DNA of 64,000 nt, taken from NCBI GenBank assembly GCA_963829005.1, contig CAWHGU010000004.1, forward strand, positions 25,179-89,178. The letters are read 5' to 3'. Origin of the DNA: Vulcanimicrobiota bacterium. GTDB taxonomy: Bacteria > Vulcanimicrobiota > Vulcanimicrobiia > Vulcanimicrobiales > Vulcanimicrobiaceae. Below are positions 26,212 through 35,407 of the stretch, piece after piece. How positions within the stretch are numbered: position 1 is the stretch's first letter; each line of letters starts with the position of its first letter. Under the pieces are notes generated by a model. It did not search any database and had not been told where the DNA came from. It was given only the letters and a program-made list of their open reading frames with translations. Position numbers and translations under genes: made by a program.

Positions 26212-28020
26212 ATGCAACGCCACGGCACACATTCCGCAGTGCCCAGGAGACTAGCCCGGCCTTTATCCGTAGCAGTCCTGACTGCACTGGCAATCACGAT
26301 CGTTGTCGCGCCCGTCATCCTGAACGCGATTGGTTGGGTCGGCACGTACGGATTGACGGTAGGTCACGACGATAGGGTTCACGATCTCGTTCCGGGAGGA
26401 GCCGCATCACGAGCCGGAATTAAGGACGGCGATCGCACGATCTTTGCGCCAACACCTTTTAATCGCTTCTTTTACTACAATGTCGCTTATATCGGCAGCG
26501 CCGGCCGTCAGTCGTGGACGCTTGAGACAGAGCGCAACGGCCGCCTCACGAGGTCGGAGCTTGTCTCCGTTCCGAACAGTTACACCGGCACGGACGCGCT
26601 TTCGGCCATCACGGTCGTAGTGGTCGGCATTGCCTTCATTACGCTGGGCGCATTTTTACTCTTACGCGCCCCGTCGATTGTCACGTGGGCCTTCTTTTTT
26701 GTCGCGCTTTCGGTGGCGACGCTAGACTACGATACGATGCCCTGGCTCGCCCTAATAGCCTATCGCATATGGTTTGCACTGATCAGCATGGCGGCACTGT
26801 GGGGCGCTGCGGTTTTGGCGACGCGGTTTCCGAATGCCGGACCGACCCGCGCCGGCGTCCGGTTCGAACGAGCCATGTTGATCATTGGGATCCTCTACGC
26901 GACGCTCTATGGCTTGGTCAGCTATATTAACGTTGCCTACCCGGCTGCCGTAGCGAACGTATATCGGCCATATTGGTCCACTTCCCTGCCTCTGATTTTT
27001 TTCGGCGCGCCGATAGTAAGCATAATCGTCTTACTCGTTCGTCTGCTGCGAAGCGTCGGAGAAACCCGCAAGCGCCTTCAATGGGTGATTTTGGGCTTCG
27101 CCATCCTCGCGTTCACTCAGTTCGTTGCCTATGTCGGATACATGTGGCTTACGCCGGCGCAGCAGAGTCTACTTACGCCCATAGAGTTGCTGAAGATTGC
27201 GCTGCCGGCCTCCGTTGCCTACGCGGTATTGCGTCACCGAGTCATCGATGCCCGGATCGTCGTTGGGAGGTCCATCGTCTACGGTGCCTTGGCATCCGTT
27301 CTGATACTGCTCTTTACGCTCGTCGAAACTGGACTCGACCGCTTGCTGGCGGCAACGCACCTCGTCTTCGTCGTCGAACTCGCCTTGGTGCTTGCAATTG
27401 CGTTGAGCGTTCGATTCCTACATCGGCGACTCGAGTTCGTGGCCACGCAACTGTTCTATAAGGACCGATTGGATGGGCAAGCCCGCTTGGCGAGAGCGAC
27501 AACGGCGTTGCACCATGCCGAATCTCGCGACACGATCGCCGAACTACTCGTTGTCGAAGCGCTCGAAGCGCTTAAGCTTTCGTCCGCAGCGCTCTTCGTC
27601 CACAAGGGCGACCACTTCGAACGCGAGTCTAGCCTTGGCTGGACGGACGAAGACGCAAGTGAAATATCGGATTCCGATACGGTAGTCGGGCATCTGCGTA
27701 CGCAGTGTGGAGCACTCGATCTAGCGAAAATTCATTGGACACACGCGAAACTACCCTTCAATAGCCTGAAACCACTTATTGCTGAGCCCATTATCGCGCA
27801 CGATCGCGTTATGGCCTTCGCGCTCTACGGCGGGCGGGTTGCCGGCGACGCCTTCGCATCCGAAGAACTACAGAGCCTCGATGCGTTGGCTGACGCTGCT
27901 GCAGCATCGTACGATCATATTCGCTCTAAGGAGCTTGAAGCGCAAAATGCAGCTTTGCTTACGCAGCAATTACGTCTGCGCCACGAACTTGCGCGCATCA
28001 AGGCGCCTAAGAGTCCATAG
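26212..28020 (+). CDS. PDZ / multi-TM / GAF membrane protein, paralogue of 23973-25766
   Basis: VHDLVPGGAASRAGIKDGDRTIF PDZ-like region, TM block with shared YAVLRHRVID motif (YAALSRRLID in the paralogue), GAF-like C-terminus and a coiled-coil tail. Confidence 0.75.
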   Translation: MQRHGTHSAVPRRLARPLSVAVLTALAITIVVAPVILNAIGWVGTYGLTVGHDDRVHDLVPGGAASRAGIKDGDRTIFAPTPFNRFFYYNVAYIGSAGRQSWTLETERNGRLTRSELVSVPNSYTGTDALSAITVVVVGIAFITLGAFLLLRAPSIVTWAFFFVALSVATLDYDTMPWLALIAYRIWFALISMAALWGAAVLATRFPNAGPTRAGVRFERAMLIIGILYATLYGLVSYINVAYPAAVANVYRPYWSTSLPLIFFGAPIVSIIVLLVRLLRSVGETRKRLQWVILGFAILAFTQFVAYVGYMWLTPAQQSLLTPIELLKIALPASVAYAVLRHRVIDARIVVGRSIVYGALASVLILLFTLVETGLDRLLAATHLVFVVELALVLAIALSVRFLHRRLEFVATQLFYKDRLDGQARLARATTALHHAESRDTIAELLVVEALEALKLSSAALFVHKGDHFERESSLGWTDEDASEISDSDTVVGHLRTQCGALDLAKIHWTHAKLPFNSLKPLIAEPIIAHDRVMAFALYGGRVAGDAFASEELQSLDALADAAAASYDHIRSKELEAQNAALLTQQLRLRHELARIKAPKSP

Positions 28021-28045
28021 TAGTCAGCAGCTCCGCGCACGACCG

Positions 28046-28155
28046 ATGAGGGTCGCCCTCGCGTGGCTGCTGCGGCGCTCGCCCAAATACTCTCTCATCC
28101 CGGGCACCTCATCGGTCGCACGTCGGCGCGAGAACGCGCTGTCAGCCGGTTATAG
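28046..28155 (+). pseudogene. aldo/keto reductase C-terminal remnant
   Basis: RVALAWLLRRSPKYSLIPGTSSVARRRENALSAG matches the conserved AKR C-terminus (ALAWLL...IPGT...L.EN). Nothing upstream belongs to it. Confidence 0.4.
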
Positions 28156-28157
28156 GG

Positions 28158-28580
28158 TCAGCAACCACCCTTTGCGCCGAACACCAGCACACCAGAGTCG
28201 ACCTCTTCCCCGCCGTAGACCCCCTCGTAGAAGCCCTTGCCGATGTTGCCGTTGCCCGCGGAGGCCGCGAACACCAAGCCTTCGTTCTGACCACTTCCTC
28301 CCTGTGATTGGATAGTCGCTATGAGCTCCCCATCGATGAGCTGAAATGTACCGAAAGTGAAATTTATGCCGCCAAAGGTGAGCGACGCCTGGCCGCTATG
28401 GCGCCAGCCGAGGCTGCCGTTGTCGGTCAACGTCAGGCAGCCCGTGCCGTTGGCCCCCCGCGAATGCGACACGGTGACCGGCCAGTTTCCACTGTAGCCT
28501 CGCGCCATGGCGGCGTTGGCCGGGACAACCATAGCCGTGGCAACGGCAATCGTAATTAGGGTCCGATTCGGAAATCGCAA
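28158..28580 (-). CDS. hypothetical secreted protein (140 aa)
   Basis: Signal peptide ending ANAAMA. Gly-rich and beta-rich mature part. Confidence 0.55.
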   Translation of the reverse strand: MRFPNRTLITIAVATAMVVPANAAMARGYSGNWPVTVSHSRGANGTGCLTLTDNGSLGWRHSGQASLTFGGINFTFGTFQLIDGELIATIQSQGGSGQNEGLVFAASAGNGNIGKGFYEGVYGGEEVDSGVLVFGAKGGC

Positions 28581-28755
28581 GTTCGGTTCTCCTTGAATCG
28601 AAGTGTGACAAACGCGCCGATTGTGAACGAGCGAGATGAAAAAACTCTGAAACGCGGCGCGGTTGACGACGCGGCCAACACTCGCCTCTCGCGCTTTACA
28701 CTTTATTCATATCGAAGCGGTAACCTCCGGCAAAACACGCACTATCGGAGGATTC

Positions 28756-29382
28756 ATGACTAAGAAATTCAGTGCCGTCGCTGTTATGTTTGCCGCTTTC
28801 GCGCTCGCTGCGTGCGGTGCGGGCAGCGTCGGCGCCGGCAATACAGCGCTAATGAATGGCACCACGTATTCGCTCCCCGCGGTCGACTCAGATTTGGCAA
28901 TGACCGCTACCGTTCCGAAAGACACCATCGGCGAAGAGCTTCCGGGAGAGGGCGTTGGATCGATCAAGTCGTCCGTATGGAAGGCGACGCTGGGCGGATT
29001 CACGCAAACGCAACGCTCGCAGTCGCTCGCATTCCCTCCCGGGACGAAGATTACCATTCGCAACCTGTCCACGAGCATCACGCACACCCTCGACGTGGTC
29101 AAATCGATCTCCGGACCACCGGCCGTTTTTCCCGCGAATCCGAAGCTCTCGATACCGGCAAAAGGCAACGGCAAACTGGAAGCCGGATATGCGAGCGGGC
29201 CGATTAGCCCCGGCAAGTCGGTGACCGTAACGCTGGTGAAGGGCGGCACGTACCTGATTGGCTGCGCTTTCCACTACGGCGAAGGAATGCGCGACGTGCT
29301 CGTTGTTAAAGACGGCGCGAAACCCGGCCCTCAAGCAACGCCACAAAGTCCCAACGCAATGCCGATGCGCTGGAACCACTAA
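28756..29382 (+). CDS. cupredoxin-fold lipoprotein (type-1 copper site-like)
   Basis: Lipobox FALAAC. C-terminal GCAFHYGEGM has C-x2-H-x4-M ligand spacing, with an upstream His in ITHTLD. Confidence 0.7.
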   Translation: MTKKFSAVAVMFAAFALAACGAGSVGAGNTALMNGTTYSLPAVDSDLAMTATVPKDTIGEELPGEGVGSIKSSVWKATLGGFTQTQRSQSLAFPPGTKITIRNLSTSITHTLDVVKSISGPPAVFPANPKLSIPAKGNGKLEAGYASGPISPGKSVTVTLVKGGTYLIGCAFHYGEGMRDVLVVKDGAKPGPQATPQSPNAMPMRWNH

Positions 29383-30120
29383 GCCGTCCAAGATGCCTTC
29401 GGATTTGATTTCCTCAGTTTTTGATCGACGGACTTGGACCGAACGACCGCTGAACGTAGCTATACTTCTGGCCGCAGATGCGGCAAACGTTCAGAGGATT
29501 TCCAAAATGCTCGTGCGGCGGAAACACCTTTGCTTCGCGTTTTGCGCGCGTCGTGGCCTTCGCTGTTGGGTTAATGGGTTAAACCATCCTTGCTCCCGAG
29601 GCGGAAGCGCCGCGCGTTCTAAGATTGGAAGCGCTTTCGTCTTGTTCGCGCTCTAAGCAAAAGAGCCTATCGGAGCTCCCGTCCGCAGTAGAATCCAGCA
29701 ACTTCTCCGAACGCAGCGGCTCCGAATCCCACGGCGCGGCCCCAAAATGCGACCTTTTTTGCCGCTTTGGGCTGGAAAGGGTTGATTTGGGGAAGGATTT
29801 ATGAGACATTCCTTACAGCCCCCAAAGCGCGACCTTTCGAGTGGTCGATAAGTAGCGCCCACCGAAAGATAGGTAAGAACATCTCCACTTTTTCAGAAAC
29901 CGCGCTGACGCCGCCCTTCTACGCGGCATCGAAGAGCTTCACGGTAAAGAGTCCCACAACCATCCAGCGGATGGCTATTTCCGTTGGGGCGGAAGTTCGA
30001 GCGCCGGCGTCCTTGAAGTCGAAGCAGAAAGGAGTCGCTATCAGGCAGCGCACCCGAAAACGCAACGCCAACCCGCGCGTTTCGAAGACTCATACCGTAA
30101 AAGATACCAAGGAAGCTCCA

Positions 30121-30342
30121 TTGGAGGTCTTTGGTAGTATCCGTCAGGTCTTTCCCAGTACGACGTTTTCCGTCGAGCTGGATAACGGACATACCATCTT
30201 AGCCCATATCGCCGGCCGTCTACGCCGGCATCACATCAAGATTCTTCCAGGCGACCGCGTGGACGTCGAAATTTCGCCATACGATTTGACGAAAGGACGC
30301 ATCGTTTACCGCTATCGCGAGGGAGAGGCACGCCGGTCGTAG
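30121..30342 (+). CDS. infA: translation initiation factor IF-1-like S1-fold protein (TTG start), likely a paralogue
   Basis: [50 protein letters not shown] aligns with IF-1. AAGGAAG lies 5 nt upstream of TTG 30121. The gene is not in a ribosomal-protein context. Confidence 0.75.
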   Translation: MEVFGSIRQVFPSTTFSVELDNGHTILAHIAGRLRRHHIKILPGDRVDVEISPYDLTKGRIVYRYREGEARRS

Positions 30343-30375
30343 TTGCGGCCGGTAATAACAGAGTTAGGAGACTCA

Positions 30376-30687
30376 ATGTACACCGACGAAACCCTTACCT
30401 GCGTCGATTGCGGACGCACGTTCCCCTTCACGGCGAGCGAACAAGAGTTCTTTGCGAGTAAAGGATTCACGAACAAACCCGGGCGCTGCGGCGATTGCCG
30501 CGCCGCGCGTAAAGCCGCCGGCGGCGGCCGCAGCGGATCGAATCGCGGCGGCTACGGCGGTCAACGCGAGATGTTTCGGGCCACCTGTAGTCAGTGCGGC
30601 GGCGTAGCGGAAGTTCCGTTTCAGCCGCGCGGCGACAAGCCGGTCTATTGCCGGGACTGTTTCGCAGCACGGCCGAGTTACCGCTAG
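30376..30687 (+). CDS. zinc-ribbon protein (zf-trcl-like N-terminal ribbon + CxxC-x17-CxxC domain)
   Basis: CVDCGRTFPFTASEQEFFASKGFTNKPGRCGDC, then CSQC-17 residues-CRDC. TAGGAG SD upstream. Confidence 0.8.
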   Translation: MYTDETLTCVDCGRTFPFTASEQEFFASKGFTNKPGRCGDCRAARKAAGGGRSGSNRGGYGGQREMFRATCSQCGGVAEVPFQPRGDKPVYCRDCFAARPSYR

Positions 30688-30691
30688 CCCA

Positions 30692-31513
30692 TTGAGCGCT
30701 CGCCTTCGCGTGCGGATCAACCGCATTGGGTTGCTCGGCATTCACATGGGCGCGTTGCTGGCGTTCTTGCCGAGCATGTTTCATTGGAGCGGGCCGATCG
30801 TCGCGGGCGTTCTGCTGTACCTTTCCGGGGCACTCGGCATCACGCTGTGTTACCATCGGTCGCTAACACATCGAGGGCTTCGCATGCGAAAGCCACTCGA
30901 GTACGCGCTGGCAATCCTTGGATCGCTGGCGTTGCAAGGCGATCCTATTCGCTGGGTCGCCACGCACCGCAAACATCATGCGCACTCGGATGCCCACGGC
31001 GATCCCCACGGCCGCAACGTGGGCTTCCGGTGGGCGCACGTCCGTTGGTTGATTGAAGACAACGACGCGCTACCGGAGCCCGAGGAACTGGTGCGGTACG
31101 CTCCCGATCTTCATGCACAAAAATTCTACCGCACATTGCAGTACATCCAGGTGCCGATGCAGCTCGTTCTTGCGGCGCTGCTTTTCGCGCTGGGCGGATG
31201 GACTTGGGTTGTCTGGGGCATCTTCGTGCGGCTCGTGGTCAGCTATCACGCAACGTGGCTGGTCAACAGCGCCGCTCATTCGAATGGATATCGAACGTAT
31301 CGTACGGGCGATCTCTCAACAAACTGCTGGTGGGTGGCGCTGATTTCGTGGGGTGAGGGGTGGCATAACAACCATCACGCATTCCCATATTCCGCCCGAC
31401 ACGGGCTGCGTTGGTTCGAATTCGACCCGACCTGGTGGAACGTAAGAATACTGGCGCTTCTGCGGCTCGCCGATCGCGTCCGAATCCCAACCGCAAAGGC
31501 GCTGCGAACTTAG
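30692..31513 (+). CDS. acyl-CoA/acyl-lipid delta-9 fatty acid desaturase
   Basis: Three His boxes: HRSLTH, HRKHHAHSD, HNNHHAF. Confidence 0.9.
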   Translation: MSARLRVRINRIGLLGIHMGALLAFLPSMFHWSGPIVAGVLLYLSGALGITLCYHRSLTHRGLRMRKPLEYALAILGSLALQGDPIRWVATHRKHHAHSDAHGDPHGRNVGFRWAHVRWLIEDNDALPEPEELVRYAPDLHAQKFYRTLQYIQVPMQLVLAALLFALGGWTWVVWGIFVRLVVSYHATWLVNSAAHSNGYRTYRTGDLSTNCWWVALISWGEGWHNNHHAFPYSARHGLRWFEFDPTWWNVRILALLRLADRVRIPTAKALRT

Positions 31514-31531
31514 TTCCGCCGCGACGCTGCG

Positions 31532-32878
31532 CTACATATCAGATCCCGTTAGTTGTTGGCCGACCCATTTGATCACGTCGTCGCTGCACTGCAGCTCGAT
31601 GTGCGAGAGTTTGAACGTCGTGGGTACGGGGCTCGGAAGGGCGGAGGAGTTGGCCGCGATCGTTTCGACCACGCCGTCCCAAGGCAGCTGGACGTCGCTC
31701 CCGTCGATGAGCTGCGCGCGAAACTTCTCCTCGGAGAGAATGCAGACGCCGCCGAGCCTGTAGAAGCAGATCCAGCTCGTTCCGGCGGCCTCGATGAACG
31801 CCGGTTTGGTCGTCATGTCGTTAATGGCGTCCCGGATTCCGGTGAGATCCCCGGAGTCCGGTCTTAACGAGGCAACCATGCCGCTGTCGAAGGCGCGATC
31901 GACGACGCTCGGCGGCTCGTCGAAGTACCAATCCATCAGGCCGAGTACCATACCCATCCGCCAGTGGTTTTTCGTAAGAGCGAGAGGCGTGCCGCGCAGC
32001 GGAAGTGGGCCACCGAGCGTCACCACGTTGTCCACCTTCAGTTTCTTAGCGGCGAGTGGCACCGCGGCGAGCGAAACGAGTGAACCGTAGCTGTGAGCTT
32101 CGATCGTCACCGACGAAACACCGGCGTCGCCGATCTCTTTTAGGAAATCTGCAAAACGGTCGCCGCCGTAATACGGAGGCTCGTTCCATTTGTAGTCAAA
32201 GCCCAACACCTGTTTGAAGCCGCCGGCCTTGGCGATGCGGTCTGGGCAGGGAGTTTCCTTCGACTTCGGGCTCGGCGACGGAAAGGACGCCTCGACGCTG
32301 GAAAAGATGCCGTGAATCAGCACGACCGTCTTTTGGTTCGGCTGGATGGTTCCGGTCTTGTTCCAGACCTTTCCGGTCCAGTAACGCGGGCCGGGCGGCT
32401 CCCCTGCGTACTTCACTTTGTCGGTCCCAAGGGCTAACGTGACGCCGGTGGCGCCGTCCAGAAGCGAGGCCGGCAGCTCGGCGGTAATGCGCCGGTGCCG
32501 CACATCGAGTACGCCGGGCGTCACCCAGTGGACGCTGGTTCCATCGGAATACACAACGACGGCGACGAGTGCGTGCGCGGCGCGAATCGCCGCCGCCTTG
32601 TTCGCGGGGTAGGAAAGCTGCAGCGAGATGCCGGCTTGTCCAACGGCACGGAAGGCGGGGGCGAATGCAGCATGCAGCGTTCCGGGGACGATCGACCACG
32701 CCTCCGGTGCCGGTACGACCGCACGCGCATCGTAGCTCAGCTTCATGCTGGTGCGGCTCGCCGCCGGCGGATTTCCCGGGGCTATCGCGCTCCCACCGCC
32801 GCACGCGGCGAGTCCGATGCCGATGAAACCCAGAACGATAAGCCAAAACTGGGCAGACTTACGAGAAGTAGCTTTCAT
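31532..32878 (-). CDS. lipoprotein with C-terminal alpha/beta-hydrolase (lipase/esterase-like) domain
   Basis: Lipobox GLAAC, VVLIHGIFSS, and nucleophile elbow AHSYGS. Confidence 0.65.
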   Translation of the reverse strand: MKATSRKSAQFWLIVLGFIGIGLAACGGGSAIAPGNPPAASRTSMKLSYDARAVVPAPEAWSIVPGTLHAAFAPAFRAVGQAGISLQLSYPANKAAAIRAAHALVAVVVYSDGTSVHWVTPGVLDVRHRRITAELPASLLDGATGVTLALGTDKVKYAGEPPGPRYWTGKVWNKTGTIQPNQKTVVLIHGIFSSVEASFPSPSPKSKETPCPDRIAKAGGFKQVLGFDYKWNEPPYYGGDRFADFLKEIGDAGVSSVTIEAHSYGSLVSLAAVPLAAKKLKVDNVVTLGGPLPLRGTPLALTKNHWRMGMVLGLMDWYFDEPPSVVDRAFDSGMVASLRPDSGDLTGIRDAINDMTTKPAFIEAAGTSWICFYRLGGVCILSEEKFRAQLIDGSDVQLPWDGVVETIAANSSALPSPVPTTFKLSHIELQCSDDVIKWVGQQLTGSDM

Positions 32879-32939
32879 GCGCAGGCGTTCGACAGCTCGT
32901 ACGCCGTATCATGCCCGTTATCGTCCGTATCCGCGCGTT

Positions 32940-34169
32940 CTACACGATGACGACGGGAGGTTGCGGCGGTGGATAGGGTGTCTCGCCCAGGCAGCCATCG
33001 AGCAGCGGATGAATCGTCCATTGGTTTTCGGGACGACTCTGAATGATCGGCGTCGTCGGAGAGTTGATCTCGACGAATATGTCGTCCAGTCTCTTCCGTA
33101 GTCCACACGCCTTCGGCCAGACGCCATTCTTAAGGTCGCCCTTTATTGCGTGGCCGACCTTCAGTATGTAGTGTACGGGATGCAGCTCATTGCCACCGGG
33201 TTGATGCAGCGAGTCGTACACCCAGCGTCCGAAGACATACGCGAGGTCGACGGGCGACTTATCGTTCGCCGCATCCTCATACGCGTTGAACTTACCGCCC
33301 CATTTGCCATCCTGAGGCGGCGTCGCCTGATCGTTCTCGAGCGCCGGGACCCCAACTCCGAGGCCGAGAAGTGCAAGAAGGGCGGCGAGGAGCGCGAGAA
33401 GCCAACCGATGCCGGGAATCGCCGAGAGTGCGGCTCCAACGACGAGCAAGCCGAACAGCGCCCACAGCAGCACGAGCAGGTCGTACATGCCCCGGCCCTC
33501 GATTTCGCAGTGCACCATGAAATGCTGAGGGGAACCCTGAGGGAGCACGACGTTGTCGGGAGCGACCGCGTTTTCGGTTCGCGTGGGAAGGCCGATGCCG
33601 GCAACGCCCTGTTGCGCCACGATGAGTCCGACTTCACCGGCGACGTCGGAAAACGGCACGTTGGTCGGAACCAAGCCGCTCAAGGTCGGCCAATCGGTCT
33701 CGAGCTGAGCAAATGCGGCGGGGAGTTGTCCGGAGGTTGCCGTCGTGCTGGCGGCATTCTGCGCATCGACGTATGACTGCGGGAATTGATTGCGCGGGCT
33801 GAAGTGGCATAGCAGTAAGTTGAAACTGTAGTCCGTATCGAAGCCGGAAAAGAACTTATCCGCATCGGTTGGGTCGTAGTCCGGCACCGCAGGCTCGAGG
33901 TGGTAAATCGCCCCGATCGCGCTGCGGTCGCCGCCGAGACAGATGAGCCGAATGTCCAGCCACCAGTAGCAGAACGAAATCGCCGCGAGACAGACCGACG
34001 CCAGCGCCGCGTCGATGCCTCCGAACACGAGTCCGCCAAGGATCATCGCGATAAGGACGCCGATTCCGGTGGCGCCGACCAGCGCCATGTTCACATAGGG
34101 CGGAGCAAAGTAGTCCTTGGGTTCGCTGCAACTGGTCCACGAAGGAAAGTAGGTGTGCGGTTGCGGCAT
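32940..34169 (-). CDS. hypothetical 4-TM membrane protein (409 aa), no recognised family
   Basis: The ATG overlaps the upstream stop (TAATG). Two TM hairpins flank soluble segments. Conserved-looking motifs HFMVHCEIEGRGMYD and GRWVYDSLHQPGGNELHPVHY. Confidence 0.6.
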   Translation of the reverse strand: MPQPHTYFPSWTSCSEPKDYFAPPYVNMALVGATGIGVLIAMILGGLVFGGIDAALASVCLAAISFCYWWLDIRLICLGGDRSAIGAIYHLEPAVPDYDPTDADKFFSGFDTDYSFNLLLCHFSPRNQFPQSYVDAQNAASTTATSGQLPAAFAQLETDWPTLSGLVPTNVPFSDVAGEVGLIVAQQGVAGIGLPTRTENAVAPDNVVLPQGSPQHFMVHCEIEGRGMYDLLVLLWALFGLLVVGAALSAIPGIGWLLALLAALLALLGLGVGVPALENDQATPPQDGKWGGKFNAYEDAANDKSPVDLAYVFGRWVYDSLHQPGGNELHPVHYILKVGHAIKGDLKNGVWPKACGLRKRLDDIFVEINSPTTPIIQSRPENQWTIHPLLDGCLGETPYPPPQPPVVIV

Positions 34170-35059
34170 TACGGCACCTCCACCGTTAGGGTGACGCCGC
34201 CCACCACGCCGTTCTCGTCGAAGCCCGTTACGTTGAACGGCATGCGTCCGTGAAACTCGGGCGGCGGTGTGATCGCCGCCGAGACGTCTGCTTCCTCTCC
34301 CGAGGCAAGCCGTAGCTCCGCGGGGGCCAGCGTCACGGTCCACCCCGGTGGTACGGGCGGCGCAGAGCGTACGACCCGGCTCGCCGCATCCCCCGCCTCG
34401 CGACAGTTGCGCAACGGCGGAATAGCGTACGTGTCGACTCGAAACCGCACGGTGCGCGGCCACGGCAAGACATGGTTGCCCACTGAGAATTTGAACGATG
34501 CAGGGCTCGCCGGCTGCGCGACGTCCGTGTTCCGCTGGCCCATATTGTTCTGCCAGTTGCTGTCGTCGGCCGGCTCGAGCAGCACTTGCAAGCAATAGTG
34601 GCCCAGCGTCGCCGGCGTCGTCCACGTGATCGACGCGAACCCCGGACAGCCGGAAAGGCCTTTGGCGTTCACATCCGCGGATGTCGTGCCGATCGGGTTC
34701 GATTGCGTTCCCATCCCAAAGGAGAGGTATGAAAAGGTTACCTGCATGTCGAGCGCAGGCGCATCGGTTGAGTTGTTCCAGATGCGCGCGACGACGGTGT
34801 AGGGCGTGCTTGCCATTAAATTGTGCGGGTCGACCGGCGTCGAGCCGAGGAAGATAGCGATATCGGGGTTGTCCCAGGTGACGGGAAGGCCAAGGCTCGT
34901 GAGATACGTCTGACTATAGATGAATGGGTCCGGCTGTTTAAGCGCGGGCGGACATACGCAATGCTGATCGATCGTCTTCGTACGGCCCAATAAGAACCGC
35001 AGGACGTACGCCAAGAAGGTCAGCAAGTCCCGAAAGAATCTGCGCAGTTTGTGCAACAA
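34169..35059 (-). CDS. hypothetical membrane-anchored protein with CARDB-like Ig-fold domain(s)
   Basis: N-terminal hydrophobic helix, PDPFIYSQTYL...VTWDNPDI, and LLEPADDSNWQNNMGQRN, which resembles the CARDB D-x-N-E-x-NN end. TTG start. Confidence 0.6.
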   Translation of the reverse strand: MLHKLRRFFRDLLTFLAYVLRFLLGRTKTIDQHCVCPPALKQPDPFIYSQTYLTSLGLPVTWDNPDIAIFLGSTPVDPHNLMASTPYTVVARIWNNSTDAPALDMQVTFSYLSFGMGTQSNPIGTTSADVNAKGLSGCPGFASITWTTPATLGHYCLQVLLEPADDSNWQNNMGQRNTDVAQPASPASFKFSVGNHVLPWPRTVRFRVDTYAIPPLRNCREAGDAASRVVRSAPPVPPGWTVTLAPAELRLASGEEADVSAAITPPPEFHGRMPFNVTGFDENGVVGGVTLTVEVP

Positions 35060-35082
35060 CGGGTACCGCTTTCAGCGCCGCA

Positions 35083-35334
35083 CTACTTCTGCGCGGCCGA
35101 AATCCGGTAGCGCAAGGCGGCGATACTTCCGATGGCAAATCCCATCGCACTCTCCACCAGGTCGAGGAGACCGTACGCCCATGATTCGCGGAATTCGCCG
35201 CTGATCAAGAAGGCGGCGAGTGCGACGCACCCGGTGGTTCCCACGGCAAACGCGATGCGCATAGGACGCGTTGGCACGATTGCGCCGAGGTCGCCGAAGC
35301 AAAAGCCGAACAGGACGGGCAACGCTTCTTTCAT
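35083..35334 (-). CDS. small membrane protein (83 aa)
   Basis: GGGAGA SD about 7 nt upstream of the ATG. 2-3 TM helices. Lies between the ArsR regulator and the two unknown genes. Confidence 0.4.
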   Translation of the reverse strand: MKEALPVLFGFCFGDLGAIVPTRPMRIAFAVGTTGCVALAAFLISGEFRESWAYGLLDLVESAMGFAIGSIAALRYRISAAQK

Positions 35335-35407
35335 CGAAATTCTCCCAACCGGAAAATCCGAGAATTTGAGGCCATCTGTGTTCGCGGCGTGTCCCGAACG
35401 GGCCTTC

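Noticed and set aside
29414-29527. Minus-strand 37-codon Cys-containing ORF (VFPPHEHFGNPLNVCRICGQKYSYVQRSFGPSPSIKN)
   Set aside because: It has only a GTG start and no SD, with an in-frame stop just upstream. It has just two Cys residues, so it is not a full zinc ribbon, and I recognise no family. It may be a fragment, but I cannot support a call.
29971-30342. IF-1 with a 50-aa basic N-terminal extension (ATG 29971), or the 191-aa ORF from 29767
   Set aside because: IF-1 homology starts only at about 30121, where a TTG start is preceded by AAGGAAG. The upstream residues look like translated non-coding leader.
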